DNA from: Cyanobacteriota bacterium
GTDB taxonomy: Bacteria > Cyanobacteriota > Cyanobacteriia > PCC-6307 > Cyanobiaceae
NCBI GenBank assembly: GCA_046052125.1
Contig: JBJOMY010000001.1
Span: 352,001-416,000, forward strand
Direction of reading: 5' to 3'
Length of the DNA: 64,000 bases
The position numbers and the translations under genes are program-made. The stretch's first letter is position 1, and every line of letters starts with the position of its first letter. The notes below the pieces were generated by a model. The model did not search any database. It worked only from the letters and a program-made list of their open reading frames with translations, and was not told the origin of the DNA. Positions 49,283 to 59,378 of the stretch are shown here, piece after piece.

Positions 49283-50554
49283 GTGACGGCGACCCTTTCC
49301 CTCTCCACTGCTGGCCCCACCTTCACGGGCCTGAAGTGCAAGGAATGCGGCCAGCCCTACGAGGCCGGCGCCCGTCACGTCTGCGAAGACGTGTGCTTCG
49401 GCCCCCTGGAAGTGGTCTACGACTACGAGGCGATCAAGAGCCGCGTCAGCCGCGCCACGATCGAAGCCGGCCCCGCCTCGATCTGGCGCTACCGCGAATT
49501 CCTGCCGATCGCCGGCGATCCGATTGATGTGGGCACAGGCTTCACCCCGTTGCTTAAGGCCAACAACCTGGCCAAGCGTCTGGGCCTGAAGAGCCTCTAC
49601 ATCAAAAACGACGGCGTGAACATGCCGACGCTCTCCTTCAAGGACCGCGTGGTGAGCGTGGCTCTCACCCGCGCCCGCGAGCTGGGTTTCAAGACGGTGA
49701 GCTGCGCCTCCACCGGCAACCTGGCCAACTCCACAGCCGCGATCGCCGCCCACGCCGGCCTGGATTGTTGTGTGTTCATCCCCAGCGATCTGGAGCTGGG
49801 CAAGGTGCTCGGCACCCTCATCTACAACCCCACCCTGATGGCGGTGAAGGGCAACTACGACCAGGTGAACCGCCTGTGCTCGGAGGTGGCCAACACCTAC
49901 GGCTGGGGCTTCGTGAACATCAACCTGCGCCCCTACTACTCCGAAGGCTCCAAGACCCTCGGCTACGAGGTGATCGAACAACTGGGCTGGGAACTGCCCG
50001 ACCACATCGTGGCGCCCCTGGCCTCCGGCTCCCTATTCACCAAGATCCGCAAGGGCTTTGATGAATTCATCAAGTGTGGCCTGGTGGACGAGAAGGCCGT
50101 GCGCTTCAGCGGCGCCCAAGCCGAAGGCTGCAATCCCATCGCCACCGCCTTTCGTGAGGGCCGTGACTTCATCACCCCGGTGAAGCCCAACACCATTGCC
50201 AAGTCGATCGCCATCGGTAACCCCGCTGACGGCCCCTACGCCATTGACATCGCCAATCGCACCGGCGGCAGCATCGCTGATGTAACCGATGCCGAAATCA
50301 TCGACGGCATCAAACTCCTGGCTGAAACCGAGGGCGTGTTCACCGAAACCGCCGGTGGCACCACCATTGCGGTGCTTAAAAAGCTGGTGGAGCAGGGAAA
50401 GATCAACCCTGAGGAGCGCACCGTGGCCTACATCACAGGCAACGGCCTCAAGACCACCGAAGCCGTGGTCGATCACATCGGCAAGCCCTACACGATCGAA
50501 GCGCAGCTCGACAGTTTCAACGCGGCCTGGCAGCAAGCTCAGGCTGGCCACTGA
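49283..50554 (+). CDS. thrC: Threonine synthase-like PLP enzyme
   Basis: Cys-rich N-terminus, PTLSFKDR, CASTGN, NINLRPYYSEGSKT, ITGNGLK. Confidence 0.88.
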   Translation: MTATLSLSTAGPTFTGLKCKECGQPYEAGARHVCEDVCFGPLEVVYDYEAIKSRVSRATIEAGPASIWRYREFLPIAGDPIDVGTGFTPLLKANNLAKRLGLKSLYIKNDGVNMPTLSFKDRVVSVALTRARELGFKTVSCASTGNLANSTAAIAAHAGLDCCVFIPSDLELGKVLGTLIYNPTLMAVKGNYDQVNRLCSEVANTYGWGFVNINLRPYYSEGSKTLGYEVIEQLGWELPDHIVAPLASGSLFTKIRKGFDEFIKCGLVDEKAVRFSGAQAEGCNPIATAFREGRDFITPVKPNTIAKSIAIGNPADGPYAIDIANRTGGSIADVTDAEIIDGIKLLAETEGVFTETAGGTTIAVLKKLVEQGKINPEERTVAYITGNGLKTTEAVVDHIGKPYTIEAQLDSFNAAWQQAQAGH

Positions 50555-50608
50555 GCACCGGCTCTCCGGCACCCTTTTTCCCAACCGTCGCTCAACCCAT
50601 CACGATCC

Positions 50609-50884
50609 ATGCCCGTTCAGGTTCTGATCCCCACCCCCCTGCAGAAGTTCACCAACGATGAGGCCAGCGTTGAGCTGGATGCCAGCAGCGTGGATGCCCT
50701 GATCGATGCCCTGGATGGTCGCTATCCGGGTCTGAAGGGTCGTCTGTGTGATGAGGCCGGCAAGCTGCGTCGCTTCCTCAACGTGTACGTGAACAGCGAG
50801 GACATCCGCTTCCTCGAGAACCAGGCCACCGCCCTCAAGGATGGCGATGAGGTGAGCATTGTTCCCGCCGTTGCAGGCGGCTGA
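50609..50884 (+). CDS. MoaD/ThiS/CysO family ubiquitin-like sulfur carrier
   Basis: [32 protein letters not shown] with C-terminal GG. Confidence 0.95.
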   Translation: MPVQVLIPTPLQKFTNDEASVELDASSVDALIDALDGRYPGLKGRLCDEAGKLRRFLNVYVNSEDIRFLENQATALKDGDEVSIVPAVAGG

Positions 50885-50936
50885 ATTCATAGGCTGAACT
50901 GACCGCCCCGATCCGCCTGCCGGCAGGAGTGGCTCG

Positions 50937-51884
50937 ATGACTCAAACCCCAGAGCGCCGTCGCAACGCCGAACCAGCGTGTGCCAAGGCGCTGTTGTTCG
51001 ACTACCGCCAAGCGGCTAACCCGGTGCGAGCCGGGCTCACCGAGCCAATCCCTTACCGCGCCTGGGGACCTGAGCTGCACAGCCAGGGCCCCAGCGGAAT
51101 CATTCCCCTTGATCTCAGCGTTGAGCTTGGGGTGGCTGGCCCAGCCACCAGCCCCGCGCTGGCGGCCCATTTCATCCGGATTGCTGCCGGAGAGGGTGTG
51201 CGTGCGGCCGCAACGGCCACTAGCTCTTTGTTCTTTGTGCTCTCCGGTGCAGGCAGCTGCCGCTACCGGGATCACGCCGACGACACCACGATCACCTGGC
51301 AGGAAGGGGATCTGTTCGTGCTGCCTGCCGGCGGCACCCCACTGCTCGAGGCGGAGTCCACCAGCGTTCTGTACTGGGTGCACGATGCCCCGCTGCTCAA
51401 CTATCTAGGCGTGACCCCCTCGGGCCCGCGCTTCGAGCCGACCCACTACAGCGCCAACTGGCTGCGCAGCGAACTGCAAACCCTGGCCGACCAACCCGGC
51501 AGCGAAGCCAGCAACCGCATCAGCCTGCTCCTGGCGAACCGGGATCTGCCCAGCACCCGCACCGTGACCCACGTGCTCTGGGCGATGTACGGCATTGTTC
51601 CGCCCGGCAGCACCCAGGCTCCCCACCGGCATCAATCGGTGGCACTCGACCTGATCATCGACTGCAAGCCCAGGGTCTACACCTTGGTGGGGACAGAGCT
51701 CGATGACGCGGGATTGATTCGCAACCCGAAACGGATCGACTGGCAGTCCGGTGGTGCCTTCATCACCCCCCCCGGCCACTGGCACTCCCATGTGAATGAG
51801 AGCGGGGAACCGGCCTGGCTACTCCCGATTCAGGATGCCGGCCTGCAGACCTACCTCCGCAGCCTCGACATCCGCTTCGCCTGA
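50937..51884 (+). CDS. Bicupin protein (gentisate 1,2-dioxygenase-like)
   Basis: W.EGDLFVLP and PHRHQS..W.SGGAFITPPGHWHSHVN. Confidence 0.85.
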   Translation: MTQTPERRRNAEPACAKALLFDYRQAANPVRAGLTEPIPYRAWGPELHSQGPSGIIPLDLSVELGVAGPATSPALAAHFIRIAAGEGVRAAATATSSLFFVLSGAGSCRYRDHADDTTITWQEGDLFVLPAGGTPLLEAESTSVLYWVHDAPLLNYLGVTPSGPRFEPTHYSANWLRSELQTLADQPGSEASNRISLLLANRDLPSTRTVTHVLWAMYGIVPPGSTQAPHRHQSVALDLIIDCKPRVYTLVGTELDDAGLIRNPKRIDWQSGGAFITPPGHWHSHVNESGEPAWLLPIQDAGLQTYLRSLDIRFA

Positions 51885-51889
51885 GAGGC

Positions 51890-53695
51890 TCAGAGCGCCG
51901 CTGCCACGGCTGGCTGACGCTCTTCATGGGCCTCCACCAGCGCTGCAAACTCCGGGCCCTCGATCGTTTCACGCTGGATCAGCAACTCCACGAGCTGATC
52001 CATCAGGGCGCGGCGTGGTTGCAACAAGGCCACCGCTTCATCGAGTGAGCGGCGGGCCAGCTGCTGCACCTGGGCATCGATTCGATTGCCGGTCTCCTGG
52101 GAATAGTGAGGCTCCGAACGCAGCCAGTCGCGACCGAGAAACACCTCATGCCCCTCTCCCTCCAGTGAAACCGGGCCGAGGGATGAGAATCCGTAGCGGG
52201 TCACCATCTCGCGGCCGATCCGACTCACCATTTCCAGATCACCGGAAGCGCCCTGGGTGATCTCGCTGGGACCGAACACCACCAGCTCAGCAGCCCGACC
52301 GCCCATGGCGACCACCAGGCGTGCCTGCAGGTAGGCCTTGCTGATCAGGCCGGAGTCGAGCACATCTTCATCGGGCATGGTCCGCGCAAAGCCACCCACG
52401 CCACCAGCGCGCGGGAGCAGCGTCACCTTGTCGAGGCGATCGGCTGCGGGCAAAAGGGTGGTGATCAGGGCATGGCCGATCTCGTGATACGCGATCAGAC
52501 GTTTTTTGGCGCTGTCTTGCAGGGGGGCGGCCGTGAGGCCCATGGTGATGCGCTCAAGGGCATCACCGATGGCGGCATCGTCGATGCAGTCACGCTCCCG
52601 CCGGGCCGTGAGGATTGCCGCCTCGTTAAGGAGGTTGGAAAGGTCTGCGCCGGAGAAGCCCGGGGTGCGGCTGGCCCAGTCGGCCAGGGACACCTCTGGA
52701 TCGAGGGGGCGGCTGCGGGCGTGAACCGCCAGGATCGCTTCGCGGCCGCGGCGATCCGGCAGGTCGACGTGGATGCGACGGTCAAAACGACCGGGGCGCA
52801 TCAGGGCAGCGTCGAGCACATCAGGGCGGTTGGTGGCCGCCAGCAGGATCACGCCGGAGTTATCGGCAAAACCATCCATCTCCGTGAGCAGCTGGTTGAG
52901 GGTCTGCTCCCGTTCGTCGTTGCCACCGCCGATGCCAGCTCCCCGCTGGCGACCCACCGCGTCGATCTCATCAATGAACACGATGCAAGGAGCCTTCTCC
53001 TTGGCCTGGCGGAACAGATCGCGCACGCGGCTCGCGCCCACGCCCACAAACAGTTCGACAAATTCCGAGGCGGCCATCGAGAAAAACGGCACCCCGGCCT
53101 CTCCGGCAATCGCCTTGGCCAGCAGCGTTTTGCCCGTGCCAGGCGGACCCACCAGCAGGACGCCTTTGGGAATCTTGGCTCCCACGGCGGTGAAACGCTC
53201 CGGCTCCTTGAGAAAGGCCACCACTTCCTGGAGCTCTTCCTTGGCCTCCTGGATGCCGGCCACATCTTCAAAGCGCACCGGCACAGCGGCCTCCGCTTGC
53301 ACCATCCGAGCCTTGCTGCGGCCAAAGCCCATGGCGCGATTCGCCACCTGCGCGGAGCGGCGCAGCAACAGCGCCAAGCCTCCGAACAGCAGCAACAGCA
53401 GCAGTCCGTTGGAGACCAGGCTGGCGGTGGCCTGATCCTGGCGCTCATCGCGAACGGTGAGGGGAATGCGCGCTTGTTGGGCCGTGCGCAACAACACCTG
53501 GTCGTTGCTGAACACCGGAACGGTCACTTGCTTGCCGTCGGTGTAGGTGACCTTCACCTGACGTTGGCCAGGAGAGAGCAACAACTCCTTCACCGTGCCG
53601 CCGCGCATCTGTTGCAGCAGCTGGCTATAGCTGGGTTGAGGTGCGCGGGCCAGGCCGAGAACCACTGGCAGATCAGAAGATTTGCTGCTGCTCAC
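51890..53695 (-). CDS. ftsH: ATP-dependent zinc metalloprotease FtsH
   Basis: [30 protein letters not shown]. Confidence 0.97.
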   Translation of the reverse strand: MSSSKSSDLPVVLGLARAPQPSYSQLLQQMRGGTVKELLLSPGQRQVKVTYTDGKQVTVPVFSNDQVLLRTAQQARIPLTVRDERQDQATASLVSNGLLLLLLFGGLALLLRRSAQVANRAMGFGRSKARMVQAEAAVPVRFEDVAGIQEAKEELQEVVAFLKEPERFTAVGAKIPKGVLLVGPPGTGKTLLAKAIAGEAGVPFFSMAASEFVELFVGVGASRVRDLFRQAKEKAPCIVFIDEIDAVGRQRGAGIGGGNDEREQTLNQLLTEMDGFADNSGVILLAATNRPDVLDAALMRPGRFDRRIHVDLPDRRGREAILAVHARSRPLDPEVSLADWASRTPGFSGADLSNLLNEAAILTARRERDCIDDAAIGDALERITMGLTAAPLQDSAKKRLIAYHEIGHALITTLLPAADRLDKVTLLPRAGGVGGFARTMPDEDVLDSGLISKAYLQARLVVAMGGRAAELVVFGPSEITQGASGDLEMVSRIGREMVTRYGFSSLGPVSLEGEGHEVFLGRDWLRSEPHYSQETGNRIDAQVQQLARRSLDEAVALLQPRRALMDQLVELLIQRETIEGPEFAALVEAHEERQPAVAAAL

Positions 53696-53782
53696 GTGGG
53701 TGTCGAGCTTGCGTGGAGCTTAGCGATTTGACGAAAGGGAAGGCGGCAATAGAAACTCTTGGTTTGGCTGATATCAAGCGGG

Positions 53783-53959
53783 ATGGCTGTTCCCAAGAAG
53801 AAAACGTCCAAGGGCAAGCGCAACCAGCGCCATGCCACCTGGAAGGGCAAGGCTGCCATCGCTGCTGCGAAGGCCCTCTCGATCGGTAAGGCTGTGCTGA
53901 GCGGCCGCGCTCAGGGCTTCGTTTACCCCGTGGCTGAGGACGAGTCCGAACAGGGCTGA
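53783..53959 (+). CDS. rpmF: 50S ribosomal protein L32
   Basis: [21 protein letters not shown]. Confidence 0.97.
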   Translation: MAVPKKKTSKGKRNQRHATWKGKAAIAAAKALSIGKAVLSGRAQGFVYPVAEDESEQG

Positions 53960-54780
53960 TCCAGCCAGGCCAGGGCAGCCTCACCGCTGCCCTCCCACAC
54001 ACTGCGGCGCCGGCCGTCCAGCACTCTCACTTCGTTGGCATGAGCCAACACGGGTAGCTGATACAGGCTTGTCGGCAACGACTGAAGCGTCGCTTGCACG
54101 ATGCTCTCGAGTTGGCTGGCGGGCAACCACCCGCCCCCCTTCCGCCGCTGTTTGGCTTCAGCCTGCAGGCGCCAGCGGCGCGGCAGGCTCCAGCGCAGCG
54201 GCCAGAGCATCACCAGGCGATCCAGCTCAGCCCAGAGGGGCAGATACGCCTCGAGTGCCTGGTTGCAGCGCAGCATCCAGTCGAGTTCAGCGGTGCTGAA
54301 CCGCTTGAGCTGCTCAAGCCCTGCCACGGCATCAAGCTGGGGTCCGGACAGGGGCCGACAGCCCAACAGCCACCCCTCGAGAAGCAGAGCGTCAGCCTCC
54401 CCACGCCAATCCTGCACCCGATCACCCGCTCCCTGACGCAGGGTCTTGTCGAAACGGGGCAGCTGTAAATCAGCCCCGCCGGCCTCGCGCCAGGCGCGGA
54501 TCGCCTCCACCAGGGCCGCTGGATCATGGCTTCCGGGTGGCACGCGATTCACGCCATAGGGGTTCCCAGCCATGGCCTCCAGGCGTGCCTGCCAAGGCAG
54601 ATAGGCGTCATCGATGGACGCCACCGCCAGGCGGAGACCTTCCCTGGCGAAGCCGGCCTGCAGCTGCCTCGAGAGGGTGCTCTTACCGGCACCCACCGGA
54701 CCGTTGAGGCCGATCACAGGCCGGTAGCCGGCTCGCTGCTGATCGGCGCACCAACGCAGCAGCCTCTGCTCAACGCTCAT
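53923..54780 (-). CDS. D-glycerate 3-kinase-like (GLYK) P-loop kinase
   Basis: [37 protein letters not shown]. Confidence 0.8.
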   Translation of the reverse strand: MSVEQRLLRWCADQQRAGYRPVIGLNGPVGAGKSTLSRQLQAGFAREGLRLAVASIDDAYLPWQARLEAMAGNPYGVNRVPPGSHDPAALVEAIRAWREAGGADLQLPRFDKTLRQGAGDRVQDWRGEADALLLEGWLLGCRPLSGPQLDAVAGLEQLKRFSTAELDWMLRCNQALEAYLPLWAELDRLVMLWPLRWSLPRRWRLQAEAKQRRKGGGWLPASQLESIVQATLQSLPTSLYQLPVLAHANEVRVLDGRRRSVWEGSGEAALAWLDQPCSDSSSATG

Positions 54781-55121
54781 GAACCGAGCTTGAACGCTTC
54801 GAGCACCACGGCGTACACCAGGCCAAGCCTGAGGTTGTCGGCGATCACCCAGCCGAGGCCAGGACGATCCCCCACGAAGCGACTGCGCAGCCGCACCACC
54901 AACTCCAACAACACAACCAGAACCAGCACCACCACGGGCCGTTGCCCAATCCGCTCCAGCCAGAGGGCGGTGACGTTTTGACCGCCATAGAAGCCCAGAA
55001 GCAAGGCGAGCACCGCAAGGCTGCGGCGGCGCCAACTGCCCTGAAAGCCGCCGAACACAGCCATGCCGATGCGGCGCTGCAATCGATCGAAGCGCGTGCG
55101 CTGGAGCGGTAGGCGCGTCAT
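54777..55121 (-). CDS. DUF565 (Ycf20-like) protein
   Basis: [24 protein letters not shown]. Confidence 0.9.
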   Translation of the reverse strand: MTRLPLQRTRFDRLQRRIGMAVFGGFQGSWRRRSLAVLALLLGFYGGQNVTALWLERIGQRPVVVLVLVVLLELVVRLRSRFVGDRPGLGWVIADNLRLGLVYAVVLEAFKLGS

Positions 55122-55885
55122 CGAGTCGGCAACAGCTGTTGCAGGTAGGAGAGCGTGACCCAGCCCTGCGGGCAAGCCGGTCCGCGACGGACCTGCAGCG
55201 GTTGATCCGGTTCACCCAGGTGATCGAGCTCTGCAGCGGCGGCGGCAAAGGCAGCGGGCAATTCAGCGGCACTGGCACCGCTGCGGGTCACGAGCACCGT
55301 GAGGCCCGCCGCAACGGCTGAGGCCACCCCATTGCCGGAATCCTCGAGGGCAATCACGCGCTCAGCGGGCAGGGCCAAGTGTTCAAGGGCCTGCTGGTAG
55401 GCGGCCGGGTCGGGTTTCTTGCGGGGCACATCCTCGCCGCAAACCCAGAGCTGAATGCAGCTTTGGTGATCGGGCAGGAGCTGATCGAGCAGCGCCTGCA
55501 CCGCCTGGCGGGAGCTGGTGGTGACGATCGCTTGGGGCACACCCTCCTGGGCCGCACTGCGCAGCAACCGCTGCACCCCGGGCCTGAGGGTCAGCGCTCC
55601 AGCAGCTACCAGGGCGTTGTAGGCGCGCTGTTTGGCCACCTGAAGCTGCTCCACCCGCGCAGGATCAGGCCGTTGACCCTCCACTGTTTCGAGATAGGCC
55701 GCGATGCGCTCGCGGCCACCACTGATGGCCAGCAGCCGCTGATAGGTGGGCACATCCCAGTGCCAGGGCAGATCAGCCTCCTCAAAGGCGTGGTTAAAGG
55801 CGATGCGGTGACCATCCAGCTCTGTTTCAGCCAGGGTGCCGTCCACATCCCAGAGCAGCGCGGCTGGCCCGACTGGCATCTGCAT
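55118..55885 (-). CDS. HAD-IA hydrolase, CbbY-like
   Basis: DVDGTLAETE.DGHR.AFN.AF, GGRERI, KKPDP, EDS.NG. Confidence 0.9.
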   Translation of the reverse strand: MQMPVGPAALLWDVDGTLAETELDGHRIAFNHAFEEADLPWHWDVPTYQRLLAISGGRERIAAYLETVEGQRPDPARVEQLQVAKQRAYNALVAAGALTLRPGVQRLLRSAAQEGVPQAIVTTSSRQAVQALLDQLLPDHQSCIQLWVCGEDVPRKKPDPAAYQQALEHLALPAERVIALEDSGNGVASAVAAGLTVLVTRSGASAAELPAAFAAAAAELDHLGEPDQPLQVRRGPACPQGWVTLSYLQQLLPTR

Positions 55886-55965
55886 CGCCTGTTTCGGCCT
55901 TGCACCCTACGGACTGGACGCCGTGCGAGCGCCCCTCAGAATGGATCTGTCGCAAGCACCTGGCG

Positions 55966-57870
55966 TTGCTCCCTCAGACCTCCGAGCAGCGCTGGCAACT
56001 GCCTGCACCGATCCAGATCGATCCCGACTTGCGCGGCAGCGGCTTAGCTGACCCGCTGCTGGCGGTGCTTCAACGGCGGGGCTACGGCACCACCGCAGCG
56101 ATCGAAGCCTTACTGGAGCCGCCTGAAGCGCCAGACCCGCGCCGCCATTTCCCCGACCTCGGCAAGGCCGTGCAGCGGCTCAAGCAGGCCTGCAAGCAAA
56201 ACGAACGCTTGGCCATCTGCGGGGATTACGACGCTGATGGCATGACCAGCACCGCCCTACTGGTGGGCGTGCTGCAACAGCTGGGGGCCAGACCTCAGGC
56301 GGCGATCCCCAGCCGACTCGACGACGGCTATGGCCTGAACAGCGGCATGGTGGAGCGCCTTGCGGCCGACGGCATCCGCCTGCTGGTGACGGTGGATAAC
56401 GGCGTTGCCGCCCGCGAAGCCCTGCTCAAGGCCCAGGAGCTGGAGGTGGATGTGGTGGTGACCGATCACCACACCCTTCCAGCAGAGCTTCCGCCACTCC
56501 TGGCGCTGCTGCATCCCGCCTGCACCCCCGAACACTCGCCCTATCGCGGCCTGGCGGGCGTGGGTCTGGCGTACGTGCTGGCCATGGCCCTGGCGCGCAA
56601 CTGCCGCTCCGAACAGGGCCTGGCCATGGCCCGCGATCTCTTCTGCATCGGCACCATTGCCGATATGGCCCCCCTGCAGGGGGTGAACCGCCGCTGGCTG
56701 ATCGATGGCCTGCCCGGCCTGAAGCGCAGTTCGCTGGCGGGGCTTCAGGCGCTGCAACAGGTGGCAGGGCTGGATGACGCCCCCGTGGATGCCGGTGCCG
56801 TTGGCTTCCAGATCGCCCCCCGCATCAATGCGGTTGGTCGCCTGGGTGATCCGCAGCTGGTGGTGGATCTACTCACCACCAACGACCGTGACCAGGCGCT
56901 GGAGCTGGCGCGCCAGTGCGAACAGCTCAACCGCCAGCGCCGCGATCTCTGCGACGCCATCGAGGCCGAAGCTCGGGCCCTGGTGGACGCCGATGGTGAG
57001 CAGCGCAGCCCCTTTCTGCTGCTGGCCCAGAGCCACTGGCACCACGGCGTGATCGGAATCGTGGCCGCACGGCTGGTGGACCATTTCGGCTTGCCGGTGG
57101 CCCTGCTGGCCTCCGAGGGGGATGGTCGGCTGCGCGCTTCCGTGCGAGCACCCAAGGGATTTGCCGTGGATGCAGCCCTGCAGAGCTGCAGCGAGCTGCT
57201 GGAGCGCCACGGCGGCCACCCGGCAGCTGGTGGATTCACGGTGCGCCCCGAGCAGCTCACCCAGCTGCACGAGCGGCTGAACGCGCGCGCTGAGGCCTGG
57301 CTCCAGCTGCAGGGCGGCCTACGGCTGGTGGAGCCGGAGGCGCTGGTGCGGCTTGAGGAGCTCACCCCAGCGTTCTGGAAACAGCTACAGCGGCTGGAGC
57401 CCTTTGGCGCGGGCCACCCGACGCCACTGTTCTGGAGCAGCCGCTGCCGCATCAGCCAGCAACGGCTGCTACGCGGCGGTCATCTGCAGCTCAACCTGCA
57501 GCAAGGGGATGCGCTGATGCGGGCAATCGCCTGGCGCTGGGGCGACAACGACAGCCTGCCGAAGGAGGTGGATGTGGCGTTCCAGTTGCGGCTCAACCGC
57601 TGGAACGGCAGCGAACAGCTGCAGCTGGAAGTGGCGGCGCTGCGGGCCAGCTCAGGCGACACCCTGCTCCTGGAACGCAGCAATCGCCGCTATTGGGTGA
57701 GCCGCGACGGCGAAGCACTGGTGATCCGCAATGCTGCTGGCGATGAATTGCGCGGCCTGCCCAATCCGAGCGAAGGGGGCGCCATGAGCAGCGATCACCC
57801 CAAGGGCGATCATCCCTATCTCCAGGCCCTGCTCCAGGACGCAGCCATGGCCATGGGGCTGGCGGCCTGA
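55966..57870 (+). CDS. recJ: Single-stranded-DNA exonuclease RecJ
   Basis: GDYDADG, TVDNG, TDHH, PRINA.GR, GGHPAAGG, LEPFG.G.P; start uncertain. Confidence 0.96.
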   Translation: MLPQTSEQRWQLPAPIQIDPDLRGSGLADPLLAVLQRRGYGTTAAIEALLEPPEAPDPRRHFPDLGKAVQRLKQACKQNERLAICGDYDADGMTSTALLVGVLQQLGARPQAAIPSRLDDGYGLNSGMVERLAADGIRLLVTVDNGVAAREALLKAQELEVDVVVTDHHTLPAELPPLLALLHPACTPEHSPYRGLAGVGLAYVLAMALARNCRSEQGLAMARDLFCIGTIADMAPLQGVNRRWLIDGLPGLKRSSLAGLQALQQVAGLDDAPVDAGAVGFQIAPRINAVGRLGDPQLVVDLLTTNDRDQALELARQCEQLNRQRRDLCDAIEAEARALVDADGEQRSPFLLLAQSHWHHGVIGIVAARLVDHFGLPVALLASEGDGRLRASVRAPKGFAVDAALQSCSELLERHGGHPAAGGFTVRPEQLTQLHERLNARAEAWLQLQGGLRLVEPEALVRLEELTPAFWKQLQRLEPFGAGHPTPLFWSSRCRISQQRLLRGGHLQLNLQQGDALMRAIAWRWGDNDSLPKEVDVAFQLRLNRWNGSEQLQLEVAALRASSGDTLLLERSNRRYWVSRDGEALVIRNAAGDELRGLPNPSEGGAMSSDHPKGDHPYLQALLQDAAMAMGLAA

Positions 57871-57874
57871 CCCG

Positions 57875-57912
57875 AACACAACAAATCCCAGGAGCTGTTC
57901 AAGCCCCTGGGA
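57875..57912 (-). terminator. Probable terminator for psb30
   Basis: Minus strand reads TCCCAGGGGC-TTGAACA-GCTCCTGGGA, then TTTGTTGTGTT. Confidence 0.5.
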
Positions 57913-57983
57913 TGAAGTGGCGTTAGCTCATTGGCGCTAACCCTGAAACCCTGCTGGCGGTGAAACCGCTACAGGTGATCAAA

Positions 57984-58091
57984 TCAGAGGGCGCCGCGAC
58001 GGTAGAAGAGGATGAAGATCACGGCGGGGCCGGCGATCGTGATCAGAAACAGGGCCGCAAAGTTGGCGATCAGATGGAAATCGATTCCCAT
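57984..58091 (-). CDS. psb30: Photosystem II reaction centre protein Psb30 (Ycf12)
   Basis: Hand-translated [35 protein letters not shown]; not in the ORF track. Confidence 0.93.
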   Translation of the reverse strand: MGIDFHLIANFAALFLITIAGPAVIFILFYRRGAL

Positions 58092-58199
58092 GGGAGAGCG
58101 GCTCTGCAGCGGTATTTGTCGCTTACCAGCCTACGGTCCGCACTCCGGCGAGAGCAGCGGTCCTGCAAGCTGCTGTGACGGGTTGTCACAGCTTCAGGC

Positions 58200-58562
58200 A
58201 TGAGCGAACAACTGCACTGGCGCTGCATCAGCGGTTGTGGGTCGTGCTGCCGGCTGGACCCGGGCGAGCGCAACGAGGCCCTCGATGCCCTCAGCCCGGA
58301 GCAACAGCAGCAATATCTGGAAATGGTGGGGCCCGATGGCTGGTGCATCCATTACGACACCGGATCCAGCAGCTGCCGCATTTATGAGGAGCGGCCATTC
58401 TTTTGCCGCGTGGAGAACTTGGCGGGCTTGTTTGGCGTGGCGGCCGAGGAGGCCAACGACTTCGCCATCGCCTGCTGCCGCCAGCAGATCCGCTGCGAGC
58501 ACGGTGGTCGTGGCATGGTGATGAAACGCTTTGAGCAGGCGATCCGTCAGCCGGCTCCCTGA
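58200..58562 (+). CDS. YkgJ family cysteine-cluster protein
   Basis: CISGCGSCC, GWCIHYD..CRIYEERP.FCR. Confidence 0.92.
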   Translation: MSEQLHWRCISGCGSCCRLDPGERNEALDALSPEQQQQYLEMVGPDGWCIHYDTGSSSCRIYEERPFFCRVENLAGLFGVAAEEANDFAIACCRQQIRCEHGGRGMVMKRFEQAIRQPAP

Positions 58563-58587
58563 CACCAGCGCCCCCACCGCAGAGCCG

Positions 58588-58929
58588 ATGGCCGATCCCA
58601 GCGTGAGTCTCCAGCCTGACGACAGCAAGGCGGGCAGTTTCGGGGCGGTGTTTCTCACCACCTTCACCACCGTGTTCCTGGCGGAACTCGGCGACAAAAC
58701 CCAATTGGCCGCCCTGCTGCTCTCCGCTGAATCGGGCCGGCCGGTGCTGGTGTTCGTGGGGGCATCCTTGGCGCTGATCAGCTCCAGCCTGGTGGGCGTC
58801 CTGCTGGGGCGCTGGCTCTCCAAGGTGTTGCCGCCCCAACAGCTCGAGCGTCTGGCGGGCATTTTGATGATCGGCCTAGGCCTCTGGCTCGGCCGTCAGG
58901 CGGCCATGAGCATGTTTCCCCTCGCTTGA
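58588..58929 (+). CDS. TMEM165/GDT1 (UPF0016) half-size transporter subunit 1
   Basis: FLAELGDKTQLA. Confidence 0.92.
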   Translation: MADPSVSLQPDDSKAGSFGAVFLTTFTTVFLAELGDKTQLAALLLSAESGRPVLVFVGASLALISSSLVGVLLGRWLSKVLPPQQLERLAGILMIGLGLWLGRQAAMSMFPLA

Positions 58930-58934
58930 GTCCG

Positions 58935-59246
58935 ATGCAGCTCCCTCTGTTGGCCTCCACCTTCGTCACGGTGTTTCTGGCGGAGCTGGGTGACAAAACC
59001 CAGCTGGCGATTGTGACGATCAGCGGCACCTCCAACCGCAGCGGCGCGGTGTTTGCAGGCAGCTCGGCAGCGCTGGTGTTGGCGAGCCTGCTGGGAGCCG
59101 GGGCCGGAGGGTCGCTCTCCGCTGTGATCCCCGCCGATGCCCTCCAGCTCGCCGCTTCGGTGGGCTTCCTGGTGATCGGCACACGCCTGTTACTGAAGGC
59201 CGGCGGCGAAAGCGAACAGGTCTCCAGCGACACGAGCGAGCCGTGA
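58935..59246 (+). CDS. TMEM165/GDT1 (UPF0016) half-size transporter subunit 2
   Basis: FLAELGDKTQLA. Confidence 0.92.
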   Translation: MQLPLLASTFVTVFLAELGDKTQLAIVTISGTSNRSGAVFAGSSAALVLASLLGAGAGGSLSAVIPADALQLAASVGFLVIGTRLLLKAGGESEQVSSDTSEP

Positions 59247-59378
59247 GCCGCGTGGGCCGCTTGAGCGATCGCTGTTTAGATTGAACTCGATAGTGCAGTT
59301 CCGGAGGCGTTGGCCGTCTCCAGAGCCAGGCACCCAGAACTTCGGGGCTCCCACCGCCACCGATGCCCCCTGAACATC

